From the NCBI GenBank assembly GCA_020854825.1, contig JAHKLY010000001.1, forward strand, positions 64,001 through 128,000: a DNA stretch of 64,000 bases, given 5' to 3'. The translations under genes and the position numbers were made by a program. The notes below the pieces were generated by a model. That model was given only the letters and a program-made list of their open reading frames with translations. It was not told the origin of the DNA and did no database searches. The DNA is from Candidatus Micrarchaeota archaeon (GTDB taxonomy: Archaea > Micrarchaeota > Micrarchaeia > Anstonellales > JAHKLY01). Of the stretch, positions 30,378 through 40,420 are shown one piece after another. Position 1 is the first letter of the stretch. The number at the start of each line of letters is the position of its first letter.

Positions 30378-31075
30378 AAAAAATAAAATTTAAATACATT
30401 TTTATAGAACCTGAAGGTTCAATGAATTTAGGAGCAATTGCAAGAGTATTGAAAAATTTTAGAATAAAGGAATTCTGTATTGTTAATCCCCAATGTGAAA
30501 TAATTAATAATGAATCGCTTATGTTTGCAAAACACGCAAATGATTTACTTAAAAAATCAATAATATATAAAGATATATATAGTGCAGTAAAAGGCTGTAA
30601 TTATATTGTAGGTACTACTGGAGTACTTCAAAGATTCAAAAAAACATTTAGAACTCCCATTGCATTAAAAGAATTCAAAAATTATAAACATCTAAAAGGA
30701 GAAATAGCAATTTTATTTGGAAGAGAAGGAGTAGGGCTAACACAAATTGAAACAGATTTATGTGATTTTTTAATAACAATTCCTACAAATAAAAAATATC
30801 CTATTATGAATTTATCTCATTCTGTAGCAATAATAGTTTATGAATTGAATAATCTAATCTACGAAACACCAGAACAAGCAGTATCTGAAAAAGAAAAGGA
30901 AAAACTTTTAGAATCTTTTAATATGTTAGTAGATAAATTTTCATATGACATGAGAAACCCAAAAAAAGTTAAAATTGGGTTTAAAAGACTTGTCGGAAGA
31001 TCATTTATAAGCTCAAAAGAAGCAGTTTCTATATTATCTGTGTTTAGAAGAACAAATAAAAAAATAGAGAAGTAG
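30374..31075 (+). CDS. trmJ: TrmJ/LasT-family tRNA methyltransferase (SPOUT)
   Basis: NLGAIARVLKNF, LFGREG.GL, YPIMNLSHSVA. Confidence 0.9.
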   Translation: MKKIKFKYIFIEPEGSMNLGAIARVLKNFRIKEFCIVNPQCEIINNESLMFAKHANDLLKKSIIYKDIYSAVKGCNYIVGTTGVLQRFKKTFRTPIALKEFKNYKHLKGEIAILFGREGVGLTQIETDLCDFLITIPTNKKYPIMNLSHSVAIIVYELNNLIYETPEQAVSEKEKEKLLESFNMLVDKFSYDMRNPKKVKIGFKRLVGRSFISSKEAVSILSVFRRTNKKIEK

Positions 31076-31087
31076 AAAAAAGAAGAA

Positions 31088-31456
31088 CTATCTCTTCTTT
31101 AATTTTTTAACAATTTTTACTCTACCTGGAGTTAACAAAATTTTATCATTATCAATTCTTGCAATATCTCCCCCTACTTTAGAAACATATTTTTTTAATG
31201 CTCCTACAGATGCTTTTAATTTATTTGGCCATTTAGACATTTTAGAAACATTCAAAAGCACAATATTTCTTGCTTTTAATTCTTCTACAATAGCTGTTAC
31301 ATCTTCTTCTTTCTCTAGAGCTATTGGTTTAACATAAAAATCCGCTGGTTCATGAAGAACATCTACCTCATCCATTTCCACAGTATCCATGTATTCTTCT
31401 AGATCAAGACTTTTACTTAATCCAAGCCCTCCTGAAATTTTTTCGAATAATCCCAT
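31088..31456 (-). CDS. sepF: Cell division protein SepF
   Basis: NIVLLNV, GGDIARI, ILLTP..VKI. Confidence 0.88.
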   Translation of the reverse strand: MGLFEKISGGLGLSKSLDLEEYMDTVEMDEVDVLHEPADFYVKPIALEKEEDVTAIVEELKARNIVLLNVSKMSKWPNKLKASVGALKKYVSKVGGDIARIDNDKILLTPGRVKIVKKLKKR

Positions 31457-31543
31457 TCATCTCACCTCATTAGTATAATTCCTACTTATAGTTTCAACAT
31501 AAAGAATTAAAAGGATATTTCTTATAAATCTTTCTGTGATACT

Positions 31544-32764
31544 ATGCCTTCATTTTCAGATATACTAGCAAAAGAAAGTATTTTTGTTGATAGAAACGTA
31601 CTTTCCCCACATTATATTCCAGAAATACTTCTATTTAGGGAGGAACAAATAGAAAAGATAATGAAAGTACTTTCTCCTGCATTTAAAAATGAACGACCCC
31701 ATAACCTATTTATTTATGGTAAAACAGGCACAGGGAAGACTGCTTCTGTCAAGAACATAATGAAAAAATTTAATGATATGGAAAGAAAAGAAGCAGTAAT
31801 GACATACGTTAATTGTAAAGTGTATAACACTAGATATAGGATAATACAAAAAATAGCAAAAACATATATTTCTGAATTAGATAAAAGTGGATTTGGTTTG
31901 ACTTATATTTATGAAAAATTAGTTTCCTGGATAATAGAAAATAAAATAAGATTGATAATTGTTTTAGATGAAGTAGATATGATTAAAGAATTAGATGATT
32001 TAATATATACATTAACTAGAATGAATGATGAATTATCTGAAGGGAGTGTCTCTTTGTTAGGAATATCAAATAAATTTAATTTTAAAGATGAATTAGATGC
32101 TAGAAGTAAAAGTAGTTTATATGAAACAGAAATGGTTTTTACTTCTTATTCTGCAATAGAATTACAGGAAATATTAAAATATAGATCAAATCTTGGATTT
32201 AAAAAAGGAATAGTTGATGAATCAGCAATAAACTTGACTGCTGCTATAACTGCCTCAGAAAATGGAGATGCACGATATGCATTAAGATTATTATTAAAAG
32301 CAGGAGAAATTGCTGAAGATAAAAATCGTGAAAAAATAACAGACTCTGAAGTAGAAGAAGCAAGAAGGAACGTAGATGAAGATTTAGCCGCAGAAGCAAT
32401 AATCACTCTACCAGACCATCAACAATTAGTTTTATTATCTGTTGCAGATTTAGACTTAAAAGGAAGTAGATATGAAAAATTAAATGAAGAAGAGTCTGGG
32501 TTTTTATTTTCTGGTGAAGTTTACGAGGAATATAGAAGAAATTGTAAAAAACATAAGAAAAAACCAAGAACTGCTAGATGGTTCCAAGAGTATTTAAACG
32601 ATTTGGAAATGCTTGGATTGATAACAATGGTAGAAAGTGGAAAAGGAATTAGGGGACATACTAGATTAATACGTATTGGCTATTCAGCTGAAAGTTTAAA
32701 AAATATTATAGAACGTAATTTTAGAAGAGGGAGTATACCTACAGATTCTGGTGAGGTATTATGA
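31544..32764 (+). CDS. cdc6: Orc1/Cdc6 replication initiator
   Basis: YGKTGTGKT, IVLDEVD, GDARYA, C-terminal wH with GIRGHTR. Confidence 0.96.
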   Translation: MPSFSDILAKESIFVDRNVLSPHYIPEILLFREEQIEKIMKVLSPAFKNERPHNLFIYGKTGTGKTASVKNIMKKFNDMERKEAVMTYVNCKVYNTRYRIIQKIAKTYISELDKSGFGLTYIYEKLVSWIIENKIRLIIVLDEVDMIKELDDLIYTLTRMNDELSEGSVSLLGISNKFNFKDELDARSKSSLYETEMVFTSYSAIELQEILKYRSNLGFKKGIVDESAINLTAAITASENGDARYALRLLLKAGEIAEDKNREKITDSEVEEARRNVDEDLAAEAIITLPDHQQLVLLSVADLDLKGSRYEKLNEEESGFLFSGEVYEEYRRNCKKHKKKPRTARWFQEYLNDLEMLGLITMVESGKGIRGHTRLIRIGYSAESLKNIIERNFRRGSIPTDSGEVL

Positions 32765-33282
32765 AAAAAATAATCTTTTTATTTATATTCATATTTTTAT
32801 CTGGGTGCTTATCAGTAAAACAAGAAAACTGTGGTGTTATGCTGGATGGAGAAGTGAAAGACGAATGTTTTACTATGTTAATTGTTCAGGATTATTTAGA
32901 AACAAAAGATTTAGGGATAGGAATAAAATGTAAAGAGAGTATAACATTAGATTCTTCTTCTATTCTATGTTATAAATCACTTGCAATCACTGCTGCATAT
33001 AATAAAGATAACTTTCATGCAGTTAGTTTTTGTGAAGAAACCTTTAACATTAATGCAAAAGATAAATATGGGAATATGATAGACTGCTTAACTGAAGTTG
33101 CAATAATTCTTGGAGATCCAGTAATATGTGAATATGCTCAATTTAGGTATGATGAAACTAAATCTTTTTGGAATAGTATTTTAGCACCTCCAGATAGAGG
33201 AAACATTAAATTAGATATTTGTCAAAAACGAGCTGAATTATCCAAAAAAAGAAGTGAAAGAATAGAGGATGGATTCTATTAA
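32761..33282 (+). CDS. Cys-containing hypothetical lipoprotein
   Basis: MKK, hydrophobic stretch, LSGC; spaced Cys. Confidence 0.65.
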   Translation: MKKIIFLFIFIFLSGCLSVKQENCGVMLDGEVKDECFTMLIVQDYLETKDLGIGIKCKESITLDSSSILCYKSLAITAAYNKDNFHAVSFCEETFNINAKDKYGNMIDCLTEVAIILGDPVICEYAQFRYDETKSFWNSILAPPDRGNIKLDICQKRAELSKKRSERIEDGFY

Positions 33283-33830
33283 TTTTTATTTGATAACCCT
33301 TTTTTACCTATTAATAACCCAATGAAACACAATATAGGTAAAATTATATGAAATACTACTACCTCAGTTGTGATTTCAGGCATAATATTACTTCCTATAA
33401 AAGAAGGAATAAAGGGAGATACAATTAATCCTATCACTATTAATAATCCTAGTATAAATGCAATTGAAGACGAAAGGTATATCAATAATATTTCAATAAA
33501 TATTAAAACTGCTTTACCTATTAAAACCATAAAATCCTTTGCTTCAAGAGAGTATAAATCTGTAAATGCTTCTGGTAGTATTGGCAGGCTTAAAAATATC
33601 ATATAAAAAAATATTAACGCAAAACAAGCAATAGATACTAATAACGAAAAGTTTAATGATTTATATGGATTATATTTAGATTTGTCAATTTGTTTTTTTG
33701 CTACCTTTTCTAAGCATTTAAAACACACTCTTTTTTCTCCTAAACTTTCTAAACATAAATCACAAAATGGCTTTTTACAAATAGAACATTTTCCAACAGC
33801 ATCTCGATTAGTATGGATAGTACATTTCAA
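33279..33830 (-). CDS. B-box-type zinc finger membrane protein
   Basis: CxxH...CxxC...CxxC...CxxC then several TM helices; TTG start. Confidence 0.7.
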   Translation of the reverse strand: MKCTIHTNRDAVGKCSICKKPFCDLCLESLGEKRVCFKCLEKVAKKQIDKSKYNPYKSLNFSLLVSIACFALIFFYMIFLSLPILPEAFTDLYSLEAKDFMVLIGKAVLIFIEILLIYLSSSIAFILGLLIVIGLIVSPFIPSFIGSNIMPEITTEVVVFHIILPILCFIGLLIGKKGLSNKN

Positions 33831-34148
33831 TTAATCTCCTCCCATTATCTCAAGTGCTTTTTTTATACTCATTCCTGGACGTATACCTAAATCTTCTGCC
33901 CAACTAGTTGCGTGTTTTACTTTTGCTTTTTCAAAATCTTCAAATGATTTAACATTTGTAACAAAACATGCTATATCTCCGAGTTTTTCTGCTGCTCCAT
34001 GGTCAATGTATGTTGATGCCACATATCCATTTTCTGCTTTAATAATTAACAAAGGGACTGTTCCTAAAATTAGTCTAACTGCTTTATAATCTTTATCTCC
34101 AAATTTGACTGTTTCTTCAGTCATGTTCATTATTGAGGAATTACCCAT
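33831..34148 (-). CDS. YunC/DUF1805 family protein
   Basis: PLLIIKA.NGYV, AEKLGD.A..V..V.SF.D, LGI.PGM...AL; GGAGG RBS. Confidence 0.82.
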   Translation of the reverse strand: MGNSSIMNMTEETVKFGDKDYKAVRLILGTVPLLIIKAENGYVASTYIDHGAAEKLGDIACFVTNVKSFEDFEKAKVKHATSWAEDLGIRPGMSIKKALEIMGGD

Positions 34149-34160
34149 CTAATACCTCCT

Positions 34161-34430
34161 TTATTCCTGTTCTCTTTTTGCAGCAGCTGCTTTCTTCTTT
34201 TTCTCAAAAATCTTTCTGTGTTTTGCACAACTTATACAATAAGTTAATTTTTTTGTGTACATTGCTGTATCTCTATATGGATTATCATATTCTGGATCTT
34301 TATCAGATTCTCTTAAATCTGTTGAAAAGAAGTCTCTTTTTTCAAAATAAACTGCTTTGTTTCTTGGTACTTTCGCACCACAAGCACTACAAGTTTCAAG
34401 TTTTTCTTTTCCTCTTCCTTTTCGCCCCAT
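34161..34430 (-). CDS. rps26e: 30S ribosomal protein eS26
   Basis: GRG....CSACGAKVPRNKAV...YCISCAKHRKI. Confidence 0.88.
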   Translation of the reverse strand: MGRKGRGKEKLETCSACGAKVPRNKAVYFEKRDFFSTDLRESDKDPEYDNPYRDTAMYTKKLTYCISCAKHRKIFEKKKKAAAAKREQE

Positions 34431-35181
34431 ATCTATCACTCCATTCTTCTAGCTGCCCAAGGCAAATGCCTTTTAATGTATATATTAATATACTATTCAT
34501 TTTAAATACTTTATTCCTAAAAATGGGTCCAAAACCAATTTTTTGTTCATTAATCGCTCTTCCAGATAAAACTGGATTAAATGTTGGAACAATAATTAAT
34601 TTACAATTTTTATTAATTTTTGTATATTTTTGTTTTGCTTTTTGTTCATCTATATTTGCAGTTAAAAAAACTTTTTCGTAATATATTTTACCTTTTTCAT
34701 CTTCTATAGATATGTGCGCATGTTCATGTGCTAAAATTAAATAATCACATGATAATAATTCCCCATCTGGCCAAGCATGCCCATGTGCTAAACCTATTTT
34801 AATTTTATTTTTACAAACATGAACTATTCCTTTACAGGGGTGAATTTTTATTTTTGGTATTGATTCTAAATTTGCGTCGTGATTTCCTTTTATAACTGCT
34901 ACAGTTATAACTTCGGAAAGTTTTGTAAAAAATAAAAATAGTTCGGGAGTTAATTCATATAAATCTTCTTTAACATCTCCTAATAAATAAATCTTTTTAA
35001 TTTTGTGAATAGAAATAATTTCTAAAATATCATCTAACATTATTTGTGTGAGATTAATTATTTCTTCTCCTTGAGGGATAAGTTTTTTTTCAGCGCTTAT
35101 ATGTATATCTGCGATTACTAAAATATCTTCATCAATAATAAGCGCAGGTTTGTCATATAAAAATTTTATTTCTTTTTCCAT
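34396..35181 (-). CDS. Metallophosphoesterase (COG1407-like)
   Basis: ADIH, GDVK, KGNHD, HGH, AHEH. Confidence 0.88.
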   Translation of the reverse strand: MEKEIKFLYDKPALIIDEDILVIADIHISAEKKLIPQGEEIINLTQIMLDDILEIISIHKIKKIYLLGDVKEDLYELTPELFLFFTKLSEVITVAVIKGNHDANLESIPKIKIHPCKGIVHVCKNKIKIGLAHGHAWPDGELLSCDYLILAHEHAHISIEDEKGKIYYEKVFLTANIDEQKAKQKYTKINKNCKLIIVPTFNPVLSGRAINEQKIGFGPIFRNKVFKMNSILIYTLKGICLGQLEEWSDRYGAKRKRKRKT

Positions 35182-35223
35182 AAAAGGATTTGATTAAAAA
35201 TAAATAAAAATTAAAGTGAGTAT

Positions 35224-35415
35224 TTATCTTTTAACTCTTACTGCATAATTGCCTTGTAATCTAGCACCAATTTTTTGTGCGATCTCAGAATTTATGTCCA
35301 AAACATAAATCTGCCCATTGAATTTTTCTGTAAATTCTTTTTCTCCACAAGCGGGACATTCTTTTAAATTCTCAACAATATACTTACAATTCTTACATGC
35401 TTTTGTTCCTGCCAT
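35224..35415 (-). CDS. spt4: Transcription elongation factor Spt4 (RpoE'')
   Basis: KACKNC...CPACG, SEIA, YAVRV; downstream of rpo7. Confidence 0.92.
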   Translation of the reverse strand: MAGTKACKNCKYIVENLKECPACGEKEFTEKFNGQIYVLDINSEIAQKIGARLQGNYAVRVKR

Positions 35416-35423
35416 TCAACCAC

Positions 35424-36020
35424 CTATTTTTTTTTCTCAACTTTTTTTGGCTTAGGTTTTTTATCTTCAGATTCCTTCTTCTTTTCTTCTTTATTTACCC
35501 ATTCTTCTTTTCCTAATCCTTCTGGCCTCATAGTTAATCCTACTTTAATATCATGAATATTACTCTTTAAACTAACTGTAGATATTTTTGCCATAACAGA
35601 ATCTCCCTTTTTTAATGATTTCTTAGATTCTTTCCCCGCAAAAGAAGAGGTTTTTCTATTATAAGTTAAAAAATCATTTGTTATTTGAGATAAATGGACA
35701 AGTCCTTCAATTGGACCTAAATTCAAAAATGCTCCAAATTCTACTATTTCAGTTACATTTGCTTCAATGACTTCGTTTATTTCTGGTAAATAACTTAAAA
35801 CTTCAAATTCAATTAAAAAATAAGCTCCTCCATCTCCTGGGATTACTGTTCCTTCAGATAAAACTTTCACTTCTTGAATATCTAATAATATTCCTACTTC
35901 CCTATCTACTTTTCTTTCATATTTTTCAATTAATAACTCTACTATTGCTTCTTCTAATTTCATTGAAAAATATTTTGGGGGAACGCGTATTTTATCTTCT
36001 ATTTTAAATAATTTATACAT
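35424..36020 (-). CDS. rpo7: RNA polymerase subunit Rpo7 (E')
   Basis: RVPP, PGDGGAY, S1 domain FGAF..LGP.EGLVH.SQI, LTMRPEGLGK. Confidence 0.96.
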   Translation of the reverse strand: MYKLFKIEDKIRVPPKYFSMKLEEAIVELLIEKYERKVDREVGILLDIQEVKVLSEGTVIPGDGGAYFLIEFEVLSYLPEINEVIEANVTEIVEFGAFLNLGPIEGLVHLSQITNDFLTYNRKTSSFAGKESKKSLKKGDSVMAKISTVSLKSNIHDIKVGLTMRPEGLGKEEWVNKEEKKKESEDKKPKPKKVEKKK

Positions 36021-36120
36021 AATTTCACCTATTGCCCATTAATATTAAGTTGTTCTACTAACTTTAATGTGGTGAAGTATTTAAATATGTTTTTATTACC
36101 CTATTTTTCAGTATTTTTAC

Positions 36121-36498
36121 CTAAATAAAATTAATTCTTTTATTTGCCCTTAAAGAAATAACCTTTGCTCCTGCTTTTTTAGCTTTTTTTCTTAAATCTG
36201 CGTCGTTTGTACAAACGATCAAATTATTATTTTTAGCAAAAACTGCAATAAACTCATCTGGATGCTGTATATTTTCTATTAATCTAATTTCCCCTTCGTT
36301 TATTTTTGTATTTAATACTTTTAAACCGAATCTAGCATCCGTATCTCTTTTAGATAATGTTTGTAATTCAGTTAAAATTTTTGAAGTTACCACTAATTTA
36401 TGCTCCTCCATTACTAGATCACATATCTCTTTGAAAATATCAATTTTCTTACTAGACATTAAAAAAAAGAAATTTGTATCTATGATTATTATTTTCAT
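36121..36498 (-). CDS. PIN-domain protein (Fcf1/Utp24-like)
   Basis: IIDTNF, EL, PDE, VCTND..L. Confidence 0.85.
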   Translation of the reverse strand: MKIIIIDTNFFFLMSSKKIDIFKEICDLVMEEHKLVVTSKILTELQTLSKRDTDARFGLKVLNTKINEGEIRLIENIQHPDEFIAVFAKNNNLIVCTNDADLRKKAKKAGAKVISLRANKRINFI

Positions 36499-36509
36499 AC
36501 TATTTCACC

Positions 36510-37811
36510 TCAAAAAAATTGAGTTAATTGGTTGTTTGTATTATCCTCAATTAATACAATCTCTTTAGTTGGTTGTTTTTTCTTTATTTTTATTGACTGG
36601 TCTTCACTTTGTGTTTCTTCTTTCATTATTTTTTTGATTTGTGCTTCACTTACACCTAAAATATATGCTGCGTCTGAAATATCTAATCTATAAAATTTAA
36701 TCCCCTCTCTCATATTCTTTTTCAAAATGGATGCAATTATTTCAAAAGAATCTTCTATTTTTCTTGTAGATCCTTTAAGATATTTTTTGAGTTTTAAGGA
36801 AATTTGTTTATTTGTTGCTCTTTTTGTTTTTGAAGATCCCATTTTTTGAATATAACTTGGGAATGCATAACCAGTAAATTTTTTGTATTTTTCTTTTTTA
36901 GATAATGCCACTCCTGCAGTCATAAGATCAGTTGAATATCTTAAAAAACCCCAGTATTGCCTTTTAAGTATTCTACCATCAAAAATATCTGCTCTTGATA
37001 AATTATTATATGCTTTTGCAATATCTTGTGCTTTTTCATATTCTCTGGGAATATTTTCATCTATCCACAATTTAAACATTTCATGATCTAAGTCAACTGT
37101 GAATGAGACATTCCTTGCTTCTGTAAAATTAGTTGTTTTTAAAACAATCCTTAAAGCATCAAAAACATTAATCTGTTTATCCCTAAAAACACTTATATTC
37201 CTTGCTTGTAAATCATTGAGTGAAGCCCTAACATCTCCTGAATTTATCGAAACAATCTCTTCTATTATTTCCCTTGAAATATTAATATTTTCTTTTTCAG
37301 CAATAGAGATAAGATACTTCTGTATGGATGAATTGTTAACTTTTTTAAATTGAATTTTTCCACATAAGGAACGTAGTGACGCTATTTTTTTATCCCAAAG
37401 ATCATCTGCAGTTAGAATAATCGGTTGTTTTGAAGTTTTGAGAAAACTAGAAATTACGGGTGTTCCTCCCCTATCTTTAGTTGATGACATTTTATCCACA
37501 TCATCAATCAAAATCAGCCTAGTTTTTCCGAATAAACTCATTGTTTCTGCAGCTACGCCTACTGTCTTTTCAGTATTTATTTTATTTCTTATATCGCTTG
37601 CATTTAGTTCTAATAATTCCCAGTCAAATTGATGTTTTAAAGCATATGCAACAGATGTTTTTCCGACTCCAGTTGGACCATATATTAATAAAGGTTTTTC
37701 AACTTTTCCTCTTTGCCAATCTAAAGCCCACATAATAATTTTCTTTATCTCTTTATCATTACCTATAATCTGCGTCAAAGATTTTGGCTTGTATTTTTCA
37801 GTAAGTAGCAC
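36510..37811 (-). CDS. rfcL: Replication factor C large subunit
   Basis: EKYKP, GPTGVGKT, ELNASD, GDVRA..NDLQ, PIP box QLTQFF; GTG start at 37811 likely. Confidence 0.94.
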   Translation of the reverse strand: MLLTEKYKPKSLTQIIGNDKEIKKIIMWALDWQRGKVEKPLLIYGPTGVGKTSVAYALKHQFDWELLELNASDIRNKINTEKTVGVAAETMSLFGKTRLILIDDVDKMSSTKDRGGTPVISSFLKTSKQPIILTADDLWDKKIASLRSLCGKIQFKKVNNSSIQKYLISIAEKENINISREIIEEIVSINSGDVRASLNDLQARNISVFRDKQINVFDALRIVLKTTNFTEARNVSFTVDLDHEMFKLWIDENIPREYEKAQDIAKAYNNLSRADIFDGRILKRQYWGFLRYSTDLMTAGVALSKKEKYKKFTGYAFPSYIQKMGSSKTKRATNKQISLKLKKYLKGSTRKIEDSFEIIASILKKNMREGIKFYRLDISDAAYILGVSEAQIKKIMKEETQSEDQSIKIKKKQPTKEIVLIEDNTNNQLTQFF

Positions 37812-37862
37812 AGATATATTAGAAAAACACAACTTAAAAACCTAACTGAATAATATATAAAC

Positions 37863-39026
37863 ATGGTACTAATCGGATTATGTGGAAAACCAAATTGTGG
37901 AAAATCCACTCTGTTTTCTGCAATAACAATGGCAAATGCTGAAATAGCTGATTATCCTTTCACTACAATAGACCCAAATAAAGGAATTGCATATATTAAA
38001 GTTAATTGCCCTTGTACTGAATTTAATATAACCTGTAATCCTCAAAATAGTAAATGTGTTGATGGCTATAGGTTTGTACCTATAAATATCATTGATGTTG
38101 CGGGTTTAGTGCCAGATGCACATAAAGGTAAGGGATTAGGAAATAAATTTCTTACTGATTTAGCTCAGGCAGACTGTTTAATTCAGGTTATTGACGCTAG
38201 TGGAAGAACAAATTTAGAAGGAAAATATTCTAAATCGGACCCTAAAAACGAAATTTTATTTTTAGAATTAGAATTAATATATTGGATTAAAAGTATATTA
38301 GAAAGAAATTGGAATAAAATAAAAGGTAAAAAAATAGATTCAGTTTCTGAAGTATTACAAGGTTTAAAAATAAATGAATTAGAAGTTGAACATACTGCAA
38401 GAGAATTAAACTTAAATTTAGAAAGAATTGATTGGAATGAAAAAGATATTTTTGAATTTTCAAAATTAATAAAAGAAAAAAGTAAACCTATACTCATTGC
38501 TGCAAATAAAACAGATTTAAATGAAACAGATGAAAATATTAAAAAATTAAAAATTGAATTTCCCAACAAACTAATAATTCCTGTTTGTGGGGTTGCTGAA
38601 TTAGCATTAAAAAAAGCTAATGAAAAGGGAATAATACACTATTTGCCAGGAAATAAAGAGTTTATTATACTCCAGAAAAACTTAGATAAAGAACAAGAAG
38701 AGGGATTATTAAAATTAAAACAGATAATACAAAAAAACGGAACTGGAATACAGGAATTAATGAATATCACAGTTTTAAATTTTTTGAATATGATTGTTGT
38801 GTATCCAGTTGAAGATGAAAATAAATTAACTAATAATAAAGATCAAATACTTCCTGATGCTATTTTATTAAAAAAAGGCACCACCGCTCTTGATTTGGCT
38901 TTTGCAATACATTCTGACTTTGGTAAACATTTTATTCGTGCAATTAATGTTAGAACTAAAAAAATAGTCGGAAAAGAGTATATTTTAAAACATAATGATA
39001 TAATTAAAATAATAGTAAAAACATAA
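37863..39026 (+). CDS. YchF/Ola1-like Obg-family NTPase with TGS domain
   Basis: GKPNCGKST, YPFTTIDPN, DVAGLV, GKGLGNKFL, ANKTD. Confidence 0.92.
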   Translation: MVLIGLCGKPNCGKSTLFSAITMANAEIADYPFTTIDPNKGIAYIKVNCPCTEFNITCNPQNSKCVDGYRFVPINIIDVAGLVPDAHKGKGLGNKFLTDLAQADCLIQVIDASGRTNLEGKYSKSDPKNEILFLELELIYWIKSILERNWNKIKGKKIDSVSEVLQGLKINELEVEHTARELNLNLERIDWNEKDIFEFSKLIKEKSKPILIAANKTDLNETDENIKKLKIEFPNKLIIPVCGVAELALKKANEKGIIHYLPGNKEFIILQKNLDKEQEEGLLKLKQIIQKNGTGIQELMNITVLNFLNMIVVYPVEDENKLTNNKDQILPDAILLKKGTTALDLAFAIHSDFGKHFIRAINVRTKKIVGKEYILKHNDIIKIIVKT

Positions 39027-39040
39027 AGGGAGGTTAAAAC

Positions 39041-40420
39041 ATGAAAAAAATATTGTTATTAGTTTTGATGATAAGTATAGTTTTGTTTGGATGTATTGAA
39101 ACAAACGAAAATTTGAAAAAAGAAGAATTAATATTGACTTCTTTAGATAAACAATTAACATTGCCTGAAACATATCAAATATCCTATTCTGAAAAAGTAC
39201 AAGGTACAACTTTAGATATCTTTTTACTTAAAGGAGAAACTGAAGTAGTTATCACAAAATCTGAAGTTGATACAAAATGGGTATATCTAAATAAAGAAAA
39301 TACTACTTTTTGTGAACAAATGTATGATGAAGATATTTTATGTGCAGATATAATAAATGATTCACGATTTGATGCTGAAATAAACGATGCAAAAACAAAA
39401 TTTATTAATAATAAACTAACTAATGAAGCAAAAAATACATTTAATGTTTTAATAGATACAAAATCATTAGATTTCAAAGGAGATATTTTAGAAAGAAATT
39501 TTGCTGAGAGAACCTGTAATCAAATAGAATTTCAAATAAATTATCAAGACTTATCTGCTGCAAATCTAGCAAAAATAGGTATCTCTTCTTCTAATCCCTT
39601 AGTAAATAAATATAAAAACTTTACACAAACTGTATGTTATGATGATGAGTTTGGAATTCCTTTATATATAAAAATAACTTATTTTGATTCTGGAAAAGAA
39701 ACTGTATTTGAAAGAACTGCTTTAAGTTTTAGTGATAATCCCCCAGAATTAAAATTACCTGGAGAAAAAGTAAATATTAATGAATTTTACAGTTATTTTT
39801 CTGATGCAAGAAGAGAATTAAACGCACTCGTTTATTGTATAAATCAAGAAGAAAATGATGGATGTTTTAAACAAATTTCTTATGAATTAGAAAGCTCAAA
39901 AATGTGTGAATATATTAAAGAAGAAACCAAAAAATATCAATGTTTAATTATTGCTTTAAATTTTGATAAAAACCCAAACATATGTAATTTAATTAAATCA
40001 CAAGAAGACAAAGACGCCTGCTATTTTGAATTAACTAGAAATACTGGAAATAAAACATATTGTGATTATATTGTTGATAATACAATAGAAAACATGTGTT
40101 TAGACTTAAATATAAATATTCCTATTGAAATTAAAGAATGTGAACAGGATTCAGACTGTTCTATACAAGGTTGTAATACTGAAATTTGTGCACCAATAGA
40201 AAAAGAAATAACAACTAACTGCCAATGGAAAGAAATATACTCTTGTTATACTGAAAATACAACAAGTTGTCGATGTATAAATGGGAAGTGTTCTTGGGAA
40301 TTAACTAATAAATTAATTGATTGTATAAATGAATATGAAACAAAAAGAATATTAGAAGATATAAAAAATAAAAAAAATGAACAAGAAACTAACCAAACAG
40401 ATATAGAAATAGAAAAGTAG
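39041..40420 (+). CDS. Lipoprotein with Cys-rich repeats and an eight-cysteine-cluster domain
   Basis: LFGC; C..DSDC...GC..EIC...TTNC.W...C.C.NG.C.W. Confidence 0.75.
   Translation: MKKILLLVLMISIVLFGCIETNENLKKEELILTSLDKQLTLPETYQISYSEKVQGTTLDIFLLKGETEVVITKSEVDTKWVYLNKENTTFCEQMYDEDILCADIINDSRFDAEINDAKTKFINNKLTNEAKNTFNVLIDTKSLDFKGDILERNFAERTCNQIEFQINYQDLSAANLAKIGISSSNPLVNKYKNFTQTVCYDDEFGIPLYIKITYFDSGKETVFERTALSFSDNPPELKLPGEKVNINEFYSYFSDARRELNALVYCINQEENDGCFKQISYELESSKMCEYIKEETKKYQCLIIALNFDKNPNICNLIKSQEDKDACYFELTRNTGNKTYCDYIVDNTIENMCLDLNINIPIEIKECEQDSDCSIQGCNTEICAPIEKEITTNCQWKEIYSCYTENTTSCRCINGKCSWELTNKLIDCINEYETKRILEDIKNKKNEQETNQTDIEIEK

Noticed and set aside
31457-31543. Replication origin next to cdc6
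   Set aside because: Only 87 bp, with no recognisable ORB (TTCCAGTGGAAAC/G-string) repeats
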